Below, piece after piece: positions 25,101-38,797 of a stretch of 64,000 bases of DNA. The translations under genes and the position numbers were made by a program. How positions within the stretch are numbered: position 1 is the first letter of the stretch; each line of letters begins with the position of its first letter. The DNA is from Octopus vulgaris (taxonomy: Eukaryota): assembly GCA_951406725.2 (NCBI GenBank), contig OX597818.1, positions 124,744,001-124,808,000 on the forward strand, read 5' to 3'. The notes beneath the pieces are model-generated. The model was not told the DNA's origin and searched no databases. It worked only from the letters and a program-made list of their open reading frames with translations.

Positions 25101-27282
25101 GCTCACCGCCTTCATATCTAAATACCATTTGGTATATTTTTTTTTTTTGTGTGTTCAATCCTCTACTGATTCAGCCAAATCCAATTAATGAACAATTGAA
25201 GAAGACAACAGACATATGGTGATATACTACTTCTTTCTGCACACACAGATTATTATTATTATTATTATATTATCATTATTGAATGAGGACGCATGGCCTA
25301 GTAGTTAGGGTGTTACACTCATGATTTCCAGATCATGGTTTTAATTCCCGGACTGGCTGGTGTGTTGTTTTAAGCAAAACAATTCATCTACATTGCTCTG
25401 CAGTCCCTTTAACACCTGATGTGTGATACACTGTGAACCTGTATTTGTGCAGGCTGTTCTGCAAAAACTGAGCATTCATACAATGCCTTTGACAGGAGAG
25501 TCCATCATTACTGAGTGAGAGAGTAACGCATGCCATCAAAATGACACTGGGGTATAAATATACAAAGCTGAATATACTCATCATGATTACTTGTCTGATA
25601 AGGGTACAACCACATGTGCATGACATGACGACCTCATATCAGGATAAACCGTGCATGATCTTGCAGTGAGGGCCTAGTTAGAATTTTCTTCAGGCTGAGT
25701 AGCCCATCCTGCTCAAAAGGTCCCTGAATAAGGGTCACTTAAGGATGATGAATAAAAAACACCCATGTTTCCAGGGCTGAATTATTCAGACCACAAAGAA
25801 TTCCTCTCAACACATGGCTACAATGCTCCCCCACAGCTCCTGCTCGTGATCAGAGATGCACATATCAACAGCCATGGACATGCTCAACTGGTTACAGTCA
25901 AGCAAATCTGTGGTGGTATTGAGCAGAATATTTACTGTAGCCCATGTTTTACTCATTATTATTATTAGGGCAAAATGGTAAGGATATTAAAAAAAAAAGC
26001 ATTGGGAATTTCTTCCTACTTTTTAACTTGAATTTGAATAATGTTGAAGTTAACTTTGCCATTCACCCCCACCAGGGGGTCAATAAAGTAGCAGCCTAAT
26101 ATTAGAGGTTGTCACAATCCACTAATGCTCTCCTCCTCAAAATTGCTAGCCTTGCACCTAAATTAGAAGTGTTATTATTATTGTTATTATGCTTTCAGGA
26201 GCTGAGAAATTGAAGATTTCATTTGTAACACTTATGTGAGGAGGGCCATTTTTCTTGAGTGTGAAAAAGCACACTAAGAACATGTGAAATCAGAGGTAAA
26301 AAGAAGAAAAAAAAAGTGGGAACTTGGATTAATTCACAACTGATGTAGACCCTGCAATCTTTAGTCATCAATGTAAAATTAAGAAAATACAAATGTTTCA
26401 AAGCATAGTATTTTCAGTAGGTAGTGCGGATGTTTCAGTAGGTAGTGTGGATAGTGGCAATGAGATGCTATTTTTTACCTTCATCCTAAGTACTTGCTTT
26501 CATGTATTAATGAAATGGATGAATGGGGTCTTTTATGAAAAAAAAAAAAGCAACAAAAAATGTTTTTTTTAACACCTGTATTCATTAACTTGATGGTATG
26601 GAGAATTATTTACAAATGCACCTAAGTTTTTTCCATATTTCACCCTCTTTCTTCCTCTATTGCCTAACCTTCATATATGCATGTGGGAATGTATGTAATG
26701 TGTGTGTGTGTGTGTAAATTCATAATACCAGTGGAATGTTGCTAATATGTACTATATTTTCAATGGTCCTATTTTGTCATGTTCTTTGCAAAAAAAAAAA
26801 AAAAAATTTCGATAGGCACAAGGCCACACGTGGAGCAAGAGAGGAGGAGGGAAGAGGGCAAGGTCGATTACATTGAACCCATCGCCCCCAAGTACATGAC
26901 TGGTACTTTATTTAATCAATCCACTCCCCCCCCTCCCCACCTTAGAAGGATGATAAACAAAGGTGACCTCAGCAGGATTTGAACTCTGAATGTGTAAAAG
27001 CGGGACATGACTAAAAACTGCAAGGCATATTTGCCCAGCGTTCCAAAGATTCTGTCACCTCCATCCTGTCGTTTTAAAGAAAATAAAATGAATGGTAATG
27101 ATAACAATAAATAAAGACAAATACATGTAGAATCTGAGAGGGAGAGAGGATATCATTGTCATGGTGTTTGGTCATAGCTGTATAACTGTCCTTGATAAAT
27201 GAAGAGAAAAATAAACAACAAACTGTTCCTTGTAGAAGGGTCTATACGTCTTTTTGTAACCATGAACATACAACCCTGTAAT

Positions 27283-27960
<678 letters not shown>

Positions 27961-28694
27961 ATGTAGGCTCTCAATGCTATCCCTTCATAATGCTGTGATT
28001 CCAAACGACTGCCTTTACAGCATTACACACATGCGCAGACATGCATGCACACATACACACGCACATGCACTCACACAAACAGTTTATCAGCAATATTTCT
28101 GTGCATAGAATATTCCCGGGAATCTGGAAAGAGAAGAAAACAGGAAGCTTCATAAGTGAATATTCAATATGAATATACATATGTGTGTGCATACATACAT
28201 AGATAAATGTGTGTGTGTGGGAGTGTAGATACATACGTACATACATGTATGTGTGTACATACATAGATAAATGAGTATATATATATGTGCATACATATTA
28301 TATAGCCCCACACATACAAATATAAATATACGATTTGACTGAGGTCTGGCGAACCAGCTGGCTGCACCAGATCAGATTGGAGTCTGGTGCAGCCATCTGG
28401 TTCGCCAGACCTCAGTCAAATTGTCCAACCCATGCTCGCATGGAAAGCGGACGTTAAACAATGATGATGATGATATATATATATATATATATATATATAG
28501 TAGTTGAATGAATTATCTTATTATGGATAATTCGGTTAACCGATACCTGGGTAGCAAATTCACGTCAGAAAAACACGGTTGAAGCTACATGCCAAGGGCA
28601 GAGATCACGTGCTTTCGTGTGGAAATTTGTGTGTTTTTATAATACAAATAAATGAAAGAATGGAGTTGAACGACGATTTAACAAAATTCCTTTA

Positions 28695-28776
28695 TTCTCG
28701 ACATATGTTTCGAAGGCTGCATATTCCTAATTTCGAAGGAATAAGGGGTGCATTATGCAGCCTTCTCATCAGGAAA
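28695..28776 (-). ncRNA. Type I hammerhead ribozyme motif
   Basis: Reads uuuc-CUGAUGA-GAAGGCUGCAUA..UAUGCAGCCUUC-GAAAC-auau-GUC-gaga. It has a 12-bp stem II, palindromic ACAUAUGU and a GUC triplet, and lies inside foldback 28643-28933 flanked by (TA)n. Confidence 0.85.
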
Positions 28777-30741
28777 AACAAGGAACTTATGTCAGCATCA
28801 AGATGAAAAAAACTTTTAGATGACTGCCCACATGGAGCCCATAGCGATAGGAATATGCAGCCTTCGAAACATATGTCGAGAATAAAGGAATTTTGTTAAA
28901 TCGTCGTTCAACTCCATTCTTTCATTCATTTGTATATATATATATATTTACGTTTATCAATTTATGTTGTAAGATTCCTGATGTGAAATCGTGTGTTGAA
29001 ACAGATATTGTTGTATTTCAGGATGGTCATTTTTTTTTTTACTTTTTCTTTTTTGCAAATAAATACATGCTCTATATATTTGTTCCTCACTCATTTATTA
29101 CTGTTCTTATTCTAACTCATGTCCATTGTCCAAAAAATCTTTTGTCACACATCTGCGGCCTCTTATTGTTCTCATTTTAACTCATGTCCATTGTCCAAAA
29201 AAATCTTTTGTCACACATCTGCGGCCTCTTCCGCGACCCTTTCTGTTTCCATGTGTACTCTTACTCCACTTATTTCATTCTGTTCTTCTATGATGTGTAT
29301 CCTTATATGTGCATGCATTTGTGTGTGTGTGTTTATATGAGTTGAGTCATTGCTCTTCATAGCACTGTGACCTTCCCCTCAGCTCTATTCCCTCTGTCGT
29401 TGTCACTGCTGCTGTCCTAGGACCCAAAATTTGGTACAGTTCCTGTTTGTCTCTGTGTTTGCCCATGCTGCTGCCATTATGGTATAGCTGTTGTTGTTGT
29501 TATTGCCATCGTTGTTACTGCTGTTGTTGTTGTTAGTTGTATTGCTGATACTGTTGCAGCTGTCTGTGAGGTTACTGTATGTTTGTTTGTGAGTGTATAT
29601 GGGTTCGCTTCCTATGTTGTTTGTATCTGTGCCCTTTATACTCTTTTACTCTTTACTCTTTTACTTGTTTCAGTCATTTGACTGCGGCCATGCTGGAGCA
29701 CCGCCTTTAGTCGAGCAAATTGACCCCAGGACTTATTCTTTGTAAGCCCAGTACTTATTCTATCGGTCTCTTTTGCCGAACCGCTAAGTGACGGGGACGT
29801 AAACACACCAGCATCGGTTGTCAAGCAATGCGAGGGGGACAAACACAGACACACAAACATATACTCACACATACATATATATATATACATATATATACAT
29901 ATATACGACAGGCTTCTTTCAGTTTCCGTCTACCAAATCCACTCACAAGGCATTGGTCGGCCCGGGGCTATAGCAGAAGACACTTGCCCAAGATGCCACG
30001 CAGTGGGACTGAACCCGGAACCATGTGGTTGGTAAGCAAGGTACTTACCACACAGCCACTCCTGATTTTTTTTTTTTACTTATTTTTTTATCTATCTCTA
30101 TTTCTTATATTTATCACAGGTAGGTGCACATATGTCTATTGTGTGTGTATTATCCTGTTTGTATCTGTTTTATTTTTTCCCTCTCTCTTCTCCTCCCTTT
30201 TGTCTTTAGTTGTCATTGTGTGGTGTGGTGGTGGGTGTTATTGTTCCATTCATGCTATTAAGGGTGGCGAGCTGGCAGAAACGTTAGCACGCCGGGCGAA
30301 ATGCTTAGCAATATTTCGTCTGCTGCTATGTTCAGAGTTCAAATCCTGCTGAGGTCAACTTTGCCTTTCATCCTTTCGGGGGTCGATTAACCCTTTAGTG
30401 TTCACATTATTCTACCAAAATTAATGCTTTTTTATCCACATTGTTTTGAACTAATCATGCATTATCTTGTAGCTATGAGATTTTGATGAGGTAACTGTTA
30501 ATTTTTAAAACGATATTGTAGGGTTGGTGTAAGAGACCAGATCTGGCCAGTTTGAACATAAAACAGGCAGAATACTTTTGGCTGAATATGGTCGGTATAA
30601 ATGCTAAAGGGTTAAATAAGTACCAGTTATGCACTGGGGTCAATATAATCGACTTAATCCGTTTGTCTGTCCTTGTTTGTCCTCTCTGTGTTTAGCCCCT
30701 TGTGGGTAGTAAAGAAATAGCTATTAATTTATGCTGTTAAT

Positions 30742-31077
30742 CAAGTCTTTCTCTTCTTTGAGCCATCACCAATGTTCACCTATATGCTCCCCTATGCTAC
30801 ATGCAGTCTCTCCAATGTAAGTAATTGTCATGTTTCTGCACCATCCCTTAGTACATTGTAAGCTATACACTATATTCCTAACCTTACTGTTAACCCATGT
30901 ATTGTATGTAGGATGAACCCACGGGTTAACTGTAAGGTTAGGAATATAGTGTATAGCTTACAATGTACTGAGGGATGGTGCAGAAACATGACAATTACTT
31001 ACATTGGAGAGACTGCATGTAGCATAGGGGAGCATATAGGTGGACATTGGTGAGAGCTCAAAGAAGAGAAAGGCTTG
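30742..31077. repeat. Long near-perfect palindrome (arms about 155 bp, loop about 25 nt)
   Basis: caagtctttctcttctttgagc..gttaaccc pairs with gggttaac..gctcaaagaagagaaaggcttg with few mismatches. Confidence 0.9.
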
Positions 31078-31279
31078 TCAGTGCTCTACCAACATGTTCA
31101 AGCAGAACATAGAGGTTAAGGTATTATCGGTGCATAGAACTGACAAGACACTTACACAGATCACAGAGGCAACACACAGAGCAATAGACAGACCGTGGAG
31201 AACAAATATATAATGCGTGTGTATATTTGGCAAAAAAAAAAATGACCATCCCGAAATACAAATATATATATATATATAT

Positions 31280-31550
31280 ATTTAAAGGTAAATGTATCAG
31301 ATGTGGTGTGCAAGAGAAACAACTGCACTGGTATGGTCATGTGTTGTGTATGGATGAGGACAGCTGTGTGAAGAAGTGTCACACCCTAACAGTGGAGGGA
31401 ACCTGTAGAAGAGGTAGACCCAGGAAGACATGGGAAGAGGTGGTGGAAGCACGACCTTCGAACAGTAGGCAATGACAAACGACCGAGACCTTTGGAGATA
31501 TGCTGTGCTTGAGAAGACCTAGCAAGCCAAGTGAGATCATAGCCGTGGAC
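31280..31550 (+). mobile_element. RTE LINE ORF 3' end fragment
   Basis: Translates IRCGVQEKQLHWYGHVLCMDEDSCVKKCHTLTVEGTCRRGRPRKTWEEVV (WYGHV and GRPRKTW motifs). Confidence 0.85.
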
Positions 31551-32503
31551 ATCTCGTTTCTTTTTCCATACCATGCATTTTGTATTTCATGCCAAATATA
31601 TGCATTAAGCCTACTTGCCTTTGTCTTCTGCATAATATACAGGGTGGACCCAAAAGTCACAACCCAAGATTAAAACTCATTTAATATAAATATATAGGGT
31701 GGCGAGCTGGCAGAATCATTAGCATGCTGGGCGAAATGCTTCATAGTATTTCATCTGTTGTTACATTGAGTTCTGCTGAGGTCGACTCTGCCTTTCATCC
31801 TTTGGGGGGAGGGGCGTCGATTAAATAAGTACCAGTTATGCACTGGGGTCAATGTAATCCCTCTGTCTGTCCATGTTTGTCCCCTCTATGTTTAGCCCCC
31901 TATGGGCAATAATGAAATAAATATATACTGCATTATATAATAATAATAATAATAATAGTAATCTTTTCTAATACAGGCATAAGACCTGAGATTTTGGAAG
32001 AGGGGACTAGTCACTTACACTGAGCCCAGTGCTCGATTAGTACTTATTTTTTATCAACCCCAAATGCATGAAAGGCAAAGTCGACCACAACGGAATTTGA
32101 ACTCAGAACATAAAGACAGATGAAATACCACTAAGCATTTCACCCAGCATATGTTTTAATGCATGACTTTTAACCCACCCACCCTCTCTCTCTCTCTCTC
32201 CCTCTCTCTCTCTATATATATATATACATATGGAGGCTCAATGGCCCAGTGGTTAGGGCAGCGGACCCGCAGTCGTAGGATCGCAGTTTCGCTTCCCAGA
32301 CCAGGCATTGAGCGAAAACACCTAAAAGCTCCACGAGACTCCGGCAGGGGGTGGCGATCCCTGCTGTACTCTTTCACCACTCTTACTCTCTTTCTTCTGT
32401 TGGCCTGCTTGCTTAGCCAGCGGGGTGGCATCGTTCGATGGCTAAAACAATGCGAACGCATTGTGACCAGTGATGTGTAACTACATCTGATGAATTGGGT
32501 GAT

Positions 32504-32550
<47 letters not shown>

Positions 32551-32650
32551 TAAATATATAAAATCTCAAATGGGTGAGTAAACTGATGTTAGTATAAGCA
32601 TACAATAGATGAGCAGATTATTGCTTGGAGGGTCCAGAACTCTTTAAATA

Positions 32651-32697
<47 letters not shown>

Positions 32698-33217
32698 ATG
32701 TGTAGATGCATACATGTACATACATATATGTACATACATATATGTACATTCATAAACATACATACATGCAGAAACTCTTTCCTCACACACACACACACAC
32801 ACACACTGGCATAAGCATGGATATTTAGTTAAGAACTTCACTTAACAACCACATGGCTCTGGGTTCAGTCCTACTGAAAGGCACCCTGGCAAGTGTCTTC
32901 TACCATACCTCTAGGCCAACCAAAGCCATGCGAGTGGATTTGGTGAACAAACAGAAATAAAATCCATTGTTTGTGGTTGATGGGGTGCACATGTATGTTT
33001 TTTTAACATTTTATTCTTTAACTTGTTTCAGACATTTGACTGCAGCCATGCTGGAGCACTACCATAGCGGCTTTTTTTTTAGTCGAAGAATCTACCTCAG
33101 GACTTATTCTATTGGTCTCTTTTGCTGAACTGCTAAGTTACAGGGATGTAAACACACCAACATTGGTTGTCAAGTAATGGTGGGGGGACAAACAGACACA
33201 CACACACACACACACAG

Positions 33218-33270
<53 letters not shown>

Positions 33271-33406
33271 CGTAGTCAGTCAGTGGAAGGACTTCACTAC
33301 CTCATATGTTCATAAAATTTAAATCCACATCTTTGTCTATATATCTACCTTCTCTATAATGTTGCCACTTGATTTGAAAATGTTTGTATTAATGGAAAAC
33401 CTCTAT

Positions 33407-33497
33407 AATTGGCTGATGAGTACTCAGCATCTTAAATCTGTTGTAATACTTACAACATTTAATAAAATGATGTAGTACGAAACGATCGTACCAAATT
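33407..33497 (+). ncRNA. Type I hammerhead ribozyme motif
   Basis: Reads uugg-CUGAUGA(33413-33419)-GUACU..(inner hairpin uguuguaa/uuacaaca)..AGUAC-GAAAC-gauc-GUA(33488-33490)-ccaa. The core is fully canonical and loop 3 is palindromic. Confidence 0.85.
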
Positions 33498-33574
33498 ACC
33501 GGAGTCATTCTTGTTGCTTATTTTGAGTATATATATATATATATATATAGATGATGATGATGATGATGATGATG

Positions 33575-33613
<39 letters not shown>

Positions 33614-34525
33614 AAGGGCTTCTTTCAGTTTCCATCTACCAAATCCACTTACAAGGCTTTGGTTGGCCCAAGGCTATAGTAGAAGACACATACCCAAGGT
33701 ACCACACAGTGGGACTGAACCCACAACCATGCAGTTGGGAAGCAAGCTTCTTGCCACACACCCACACCTACACTTGTTTGTGCTACACTCAGCTACAAGC
33801 TACAAGCAGTGACACAGATGTCATTTTCCTTGTCATCAAATCAATCACTGGCTTTGAACCTCTAAAAAGCTATGAAATATTTTAAAAAAACCCTTACATT
33901 TAATAAATAGAAGTATTTTGTTTAACCCTTTCGTTACCAACCCGGCTGAAACCGGCTGTGGCTCTTTAGTATAAATGTCTTGTTTTCATAAGTTTTGAAT
34001 TCAAATCTTCCACCAAATTTTAATCACAATTTATATTCCTAACATTAGCTCAATGATAATGATGTTATTTTACTAAATTCTTTCTTATATTTAAAATAAT
34101 TGGAAGAAACACAGAGCACCTCAAAATAAATACAGTAACGAAAGGGTTAGTGTCCATTTTTGAATGCTTGTATAGGGACCTTGCATGTGTTACAAAAAAA
34201 AAAAAGGATGGGTCTTTTATTCTGATGGCCTTCTGAAGCACAAAGCAGCCAGTTGCAATGTGAACAAGAAACATAATCATCTGATCAATGCTTAACTGAA
34301 ACAGTGACAAGTAAAATTTTGGAATGTCAACATCTACATCAGCATTCACACACATACTCACAGGCATGTGTGTGTGTGTGTGTGTGCATGTGTGTGTAGT
34401 CGTATGCATGTGAAACAGAGCAGATTAACTTTCCTAGAGATATCAACACACTCATACCAATTATTCTCACAGAGGTTCTTACATTTTTGAGGAACAGACA
34501 ACTAAGAGCTGTAAGTCAACATTAC

Positions 34526-34603
34526 TCAGAAGGTATAGTACCATAATGTTCGTTGTGCTTGGATATCACTTCGTAAGTTCTGTGCAAAACAAATACCAAG
34601 AAT
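34526..34603 (-). CDS. TspanC8 tetraspanin terminal coding exon
   Basis: ttttctttttag acceptor; 78 nt. Translates ILGICFAQNLRSDIQAQRTLWYYTF-stop, comparable to TSPAN5 IFGICLAQNLVSDI. The 5' exons (TM1-TM3) were not found and probably lie beyond the window end. Confidence 0.92.
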   Translation of the reverse strand: MLGICFAQNLRSDIQAQRTLWYYTF

Positions 34604-35093
34604 CTAAAAAGAAAATGGAAAAATTAGACATGAGAGATAATAATTACAATTTCGTGAAAATTATAGGAAACTGAGAATAGAATAGAATTTGGAACTTAAC
34701 CCTTTAGTATTTAACCAGCCACATCAGGCACAAATATTTTCCCTTTTTATGTTCAAACCAGCCGGATTTGACCTCTTACACTTACCCTACTGTGTCATTG
34801 TAAAATTAGTGTGTGATGGCCACATTAGTGTGTGGCCATGCTAGGGCACCACCATGAATAGTTTAGTAGATCAAATTGACCATAGCTCTTACTTAGTTTA
34901 ATGCTTTTTCTGTTTGTTTCTTTTTTTTTTTTTTTTTACCAAACAGCTAAGTTACAGGTTCATAAACAAGTCTACCAAACAGCTAAGTTACAGGTTCATA
35001 AACAAGTCTACCTCAGTTTTCAAGCTATGAGAGATAAACATAAAAATGTGCACATACATATACATACACAGTAATACTCACACATACTCTCTC

Positions 35094-35135
<42 letters not shown>

Positions 35136-35231
35136 CAGGAAGGTTTACGAAAATAAACAAAAGACGAAGGCAGGTGGAGTACAAACAAACAAATGTATTA
35201 GTATGGCGCTCAGGAATAGAAATAGAACAAG

Positions 35232-35269
35232 TCTTTTACGTTTCGAGCCTATGCTCTTCAACAGAAAGA
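35232..35269 (-). ncRNA. Minimal short-stem-III hammerhead motif
   Basis: Reads ucuuu-CUGUUGA-A-GAGC-auag-GCUC-GAAAC-GUA-aaaga, with one core deviation (A6U). A relative at 53437-53466(+) reads CCGACGA-A-GAGC-ucu-GCUC-GAAAC-GUU. Confidence 0.6.
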
Positions 35270-35405
35270 TACACAGAAAAAAACAAGGAGAGAAAAAAAA
35301 TGCGTGTAGGAGCTAACGATCTATCATGGCGTCCTGACTTCGGGCAGTGGTCAGACGCTAGAGGGACAGTAGGGGAGATAACAGGGTCAAGTGACTTCCA
35401 AAACG

Positions 35406-35437
<32 letters not shown>

Positions 35438-36774
35438 TGACATGCACACATACTACCATATATACTCTGATATACAAACACACACATACACTAACATACA
35501 TATTCTGATACACAAACACTGACATACATACTCTGATATACAAATACACACACAATGAGCTTTGGGCAGAGCTTCCATCAAAAGTATTGGTCAAACTGGA
35601 ATTACAGTACACGCTATTTCTCAAAGATGTCACACAGTGGGACTGAACCTGAAACCATGCAATTATGAAGCAAACTTTTTAACCATTGCTGCAATGTCTG
35701 CACCTCACATTAAAAGAAATTTCTTCATTCATCTAACATCAGAACTGTTATATCCCAAGTAACATTGTTTTTATTTTCCACCATCTATTTTCCTTGAACA
35801 TTGAAAGTGATACTGGTAATCCTTTATCCAAAGACCTTGGAACCAGAAGTGTTTCAGATTTCAGAATGAAGGTATTGCTTATCTTGTTTCAGTCACTTTT
35901 GACTGCAGCCATGGCACACATAACAAACTTCTCTTTAGGAATGTTTCATACTCTTCTCTTTACTCTCTTCTACTCTTTTACTTGTTTCAGTCATTTGACT
36001 GCGGCCATGCTGGAACACCGCCTTTAGTCGAGCAAATCGACCCTGGGACTTATTCTTTGTAAGCCTAGTACTTATTCTATCGGTCTCTTTTGCTGAACTG
36101 CTACGTGATGGGGACGTAAACACACCAGCATCGGTTGTCAAGCAATGCTAGGGGGACAGACACAGACACAAACACAGACATACACACACACATACATACA
36201 TATATATATATACATATATACGACAGGCTTCTTTCAGTTTCCGTCTACCAAATCCACTCACAAGGCATTGGTCGGCCCGGGGCTATAGTAGAAGACACTT
36301 GCCCAAGATGCCATGCAGTGGGACTGAACCCGGAACCGTGTGGTTGGTTAGCAAGCTTCTTACCACACAGCCACTCCTACGCCTATATGCAAAGGTAATC
36401 AGACAAATAACTAAGCCAATCTTACAGACTTGTTCTTCTAGATATATTATTCCTCTACTGAGTAGGATGATAACTACACACTAAGAAATAGTGATGAATG
36501 ATATGAGATGCAGGATGACAGTGCGCTGCACTCTCTACTACCCAGTCTATTATTGCACACCTATAGATGCTGGTGATAATGTCCACAGTGAGGTCAGACA
36601 AGGTGAATTTAGTAAGAGAGTAACAGTTGCTTCTTATTATTGATTGACTAGACTTCAATGAACACCATTAATACTACTGCTAACTTCAGAAGCTGATTGG
36701 GTATCTAACTAATTAACCAATATCTTAATGTTAGCATCATAAGAAACAGTAATAAGAGATATGAGGAAGGAACG

Positions 36775-36980
36775 AGTACCAAAACTGAGTGAATACCCAA
36801 ACCAGATACATACTCAAACTGGGGTGTGTGACAAAAACCGGGTAATAAACTGGCTGGATAAGCAAACTGAAGGAGTAATCAAACTGGGTGAATACCAAAA
36901 CTGAGTAACTGAATTGAATAAGTAACAAAAATTGAATGAGTAATTAAACTGAGAGAGTACCAAAAACTGGATGAATACCA
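36775..36980. repeat. Degenerate ~17-bp minisatellite
   Basis: Recurring aaactg(a/g)g..aatacc units with about 17-bp period, within about 45 bp of the tetraspanin donor at 37022. Confidence 0.6.
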
Positions 36981-37022
36981 TAAATCAATTGTTTGATGAA
37001 GTTGAAAAACTTTCTCCTTTAC

Positions 37023-37139
37023 CTGTAATAATGCAATGCCTACAAGTACTCCTGCTACAGGAATGAGGTTAGCTTCTAACCATTGTTCACCAGCTGGGAT
37101 ACAACCCAAAGTCCAAATTATTCGATCTTTATCAATCTC
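37023..37139 (-). CDS. TspanC8 tetraspanin exon (end of EC2, start of TM4)
   Basis: ttttgtag acceptor and gtaaag donor; 117 nt, phase 0. Translates EIDKDRIIWTLGCIPAGEQWLEANLIPVAGVLVGIALLQ. It supplies the eighth EC2 cysteine. Confidence 0.95.
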
Positions 37140-37968
37140 CTACAAAAAAAATGGAAAAGCATAAAAATTAAACAGAAAAAGCAAAATGGATACAAAATTA
37201 TTAACAATCTCTGCTGAATTGTGTCCACTTTTTAACTCTACTACAACAATAGTTTCCGTTCTTCTGGAGTTGCTGTTCTGTTTATCAGCATCACCTCTGT
37301 AACACAAATTAACGAGAGAATGTTTACATGGTTACTGGACTTGCAAGAAATAACAGCCAAATCTCCCTCAAATCCCACCCTACAATCTAAAAACTGTGAC
37401 TGTAAGTCGGTAAATAATTGTCTCAGATGCATCATCATCATCGTGCTTTTTACTTCTGCTTTTTCCTTGCAAGCATGGGCTAGATGAGACTGCTTGAGAC
37501 AATATCTATTAGCATGGTGCACTTCCTTACGCTAACCATTTATTTCTAAGCTAAGTATTCTATTCCATGTATTCATATATTGAACCCCTTGAGCTGCCAG
37601 GACTTTTTTTTGTTTAAATTAGACACAAACAATGACATCACTGTGCAAGTGGTATCAATGCAAAGACATTCAGTGACATATACACACATTTGTTTGTCTT
37701 ACATCTGTTTTTCTATACTGGCCAGACACTCTTCCTATCACTAACATTTACCTATTTTTCAGGTATACTCTTTTACTTGTTTCAGTCATTTGACTGCGGC
37801 CATGCTGGAGCACCACCTTTAGTCGAGCAAATCGACACCGGGACTTATTCTTTGTAAGCCCAGTACTTATTCTATCGGTCTCTTTTGCCGAACCGCTAAG
37901 TGACGGGGACGGAAACACACCAGCATCGGTTGTCAAGCAATGCTAGGGGGACAAACACAGACACACAA

Positions 37969-38019
<51 letters not shown>

Positions 38020-38797
38020 AAAACGACGGGCTTCTTTCAGTTTCCGTCTACCAAATCCACTCACAAGGCATTGGTCGGCCCGTGGCTATAGCAGAAGACA
38101 CTTGCCCCACTTACTTTAAAAAGCACAGAGCTAGAATATTGTTTTTTTGTTTTGACAAGGAATGTCAACAAACAACATTATCTTCAGCTAAACCATCTCA
38201 TCATCATTTTAACGTCCACTTTTCCATGCTTACATGGGTTAGACAGAGTTTACTGAGGCAGGTTTCCAATAGCGGAATGCTCTTCTTGTTACCAAACAAG
38301 GCAATATTTCCCCTTGGCCAAAGATGTTTTGCCACCAATAGAATTGCAGTCACAAGGCATTGGTATCAGAATACACTTGCCCAAGCTGCCACACTCCCTA
38401 AAAGATAAATATCAGCTATGTACTGAGATCAATTTGCTTCACTATTACTAAATCCATTACCTGAAGTAGTGCTTTGAGAGAAAACTTTTGAGGGAAAGAA
38501 ATGGAGAAAATATGAGGGAATGCAGCATGCACCTTATATGACTACATAGAGTCATTATAGAAATTTCTTCAGTTTACATTCAACACAATGAAGTAATGTC
38601 ACAGTCTTCAATTAGAAGAAATCAGAGACTAGAACCAAATACAAAAGCAGTGTATGTTTCTGTACTTTGGAGTGAAAAACAGAGCAATGAATACTGCTTC
38701 TATTTTCATGTACATGCTAACAATACAGACTCCTATCACCAGCTTACCAATTCTATCTAAAGAATTTTAATAACACACACACACACATATATATATA

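Noticed and set aside
30960-31000. CTGAGGG..GAAAC in the long palindrome as a hammerhead
   Set aside because: The core deviates at position 9, and there is no stem II or NUH triplet in register.
34938-35012. 36-bp tandem duplication (others at about 26412 and 29115)
   Set aside because: These are ordinary local duplications in decayed repeats with no sign of function.
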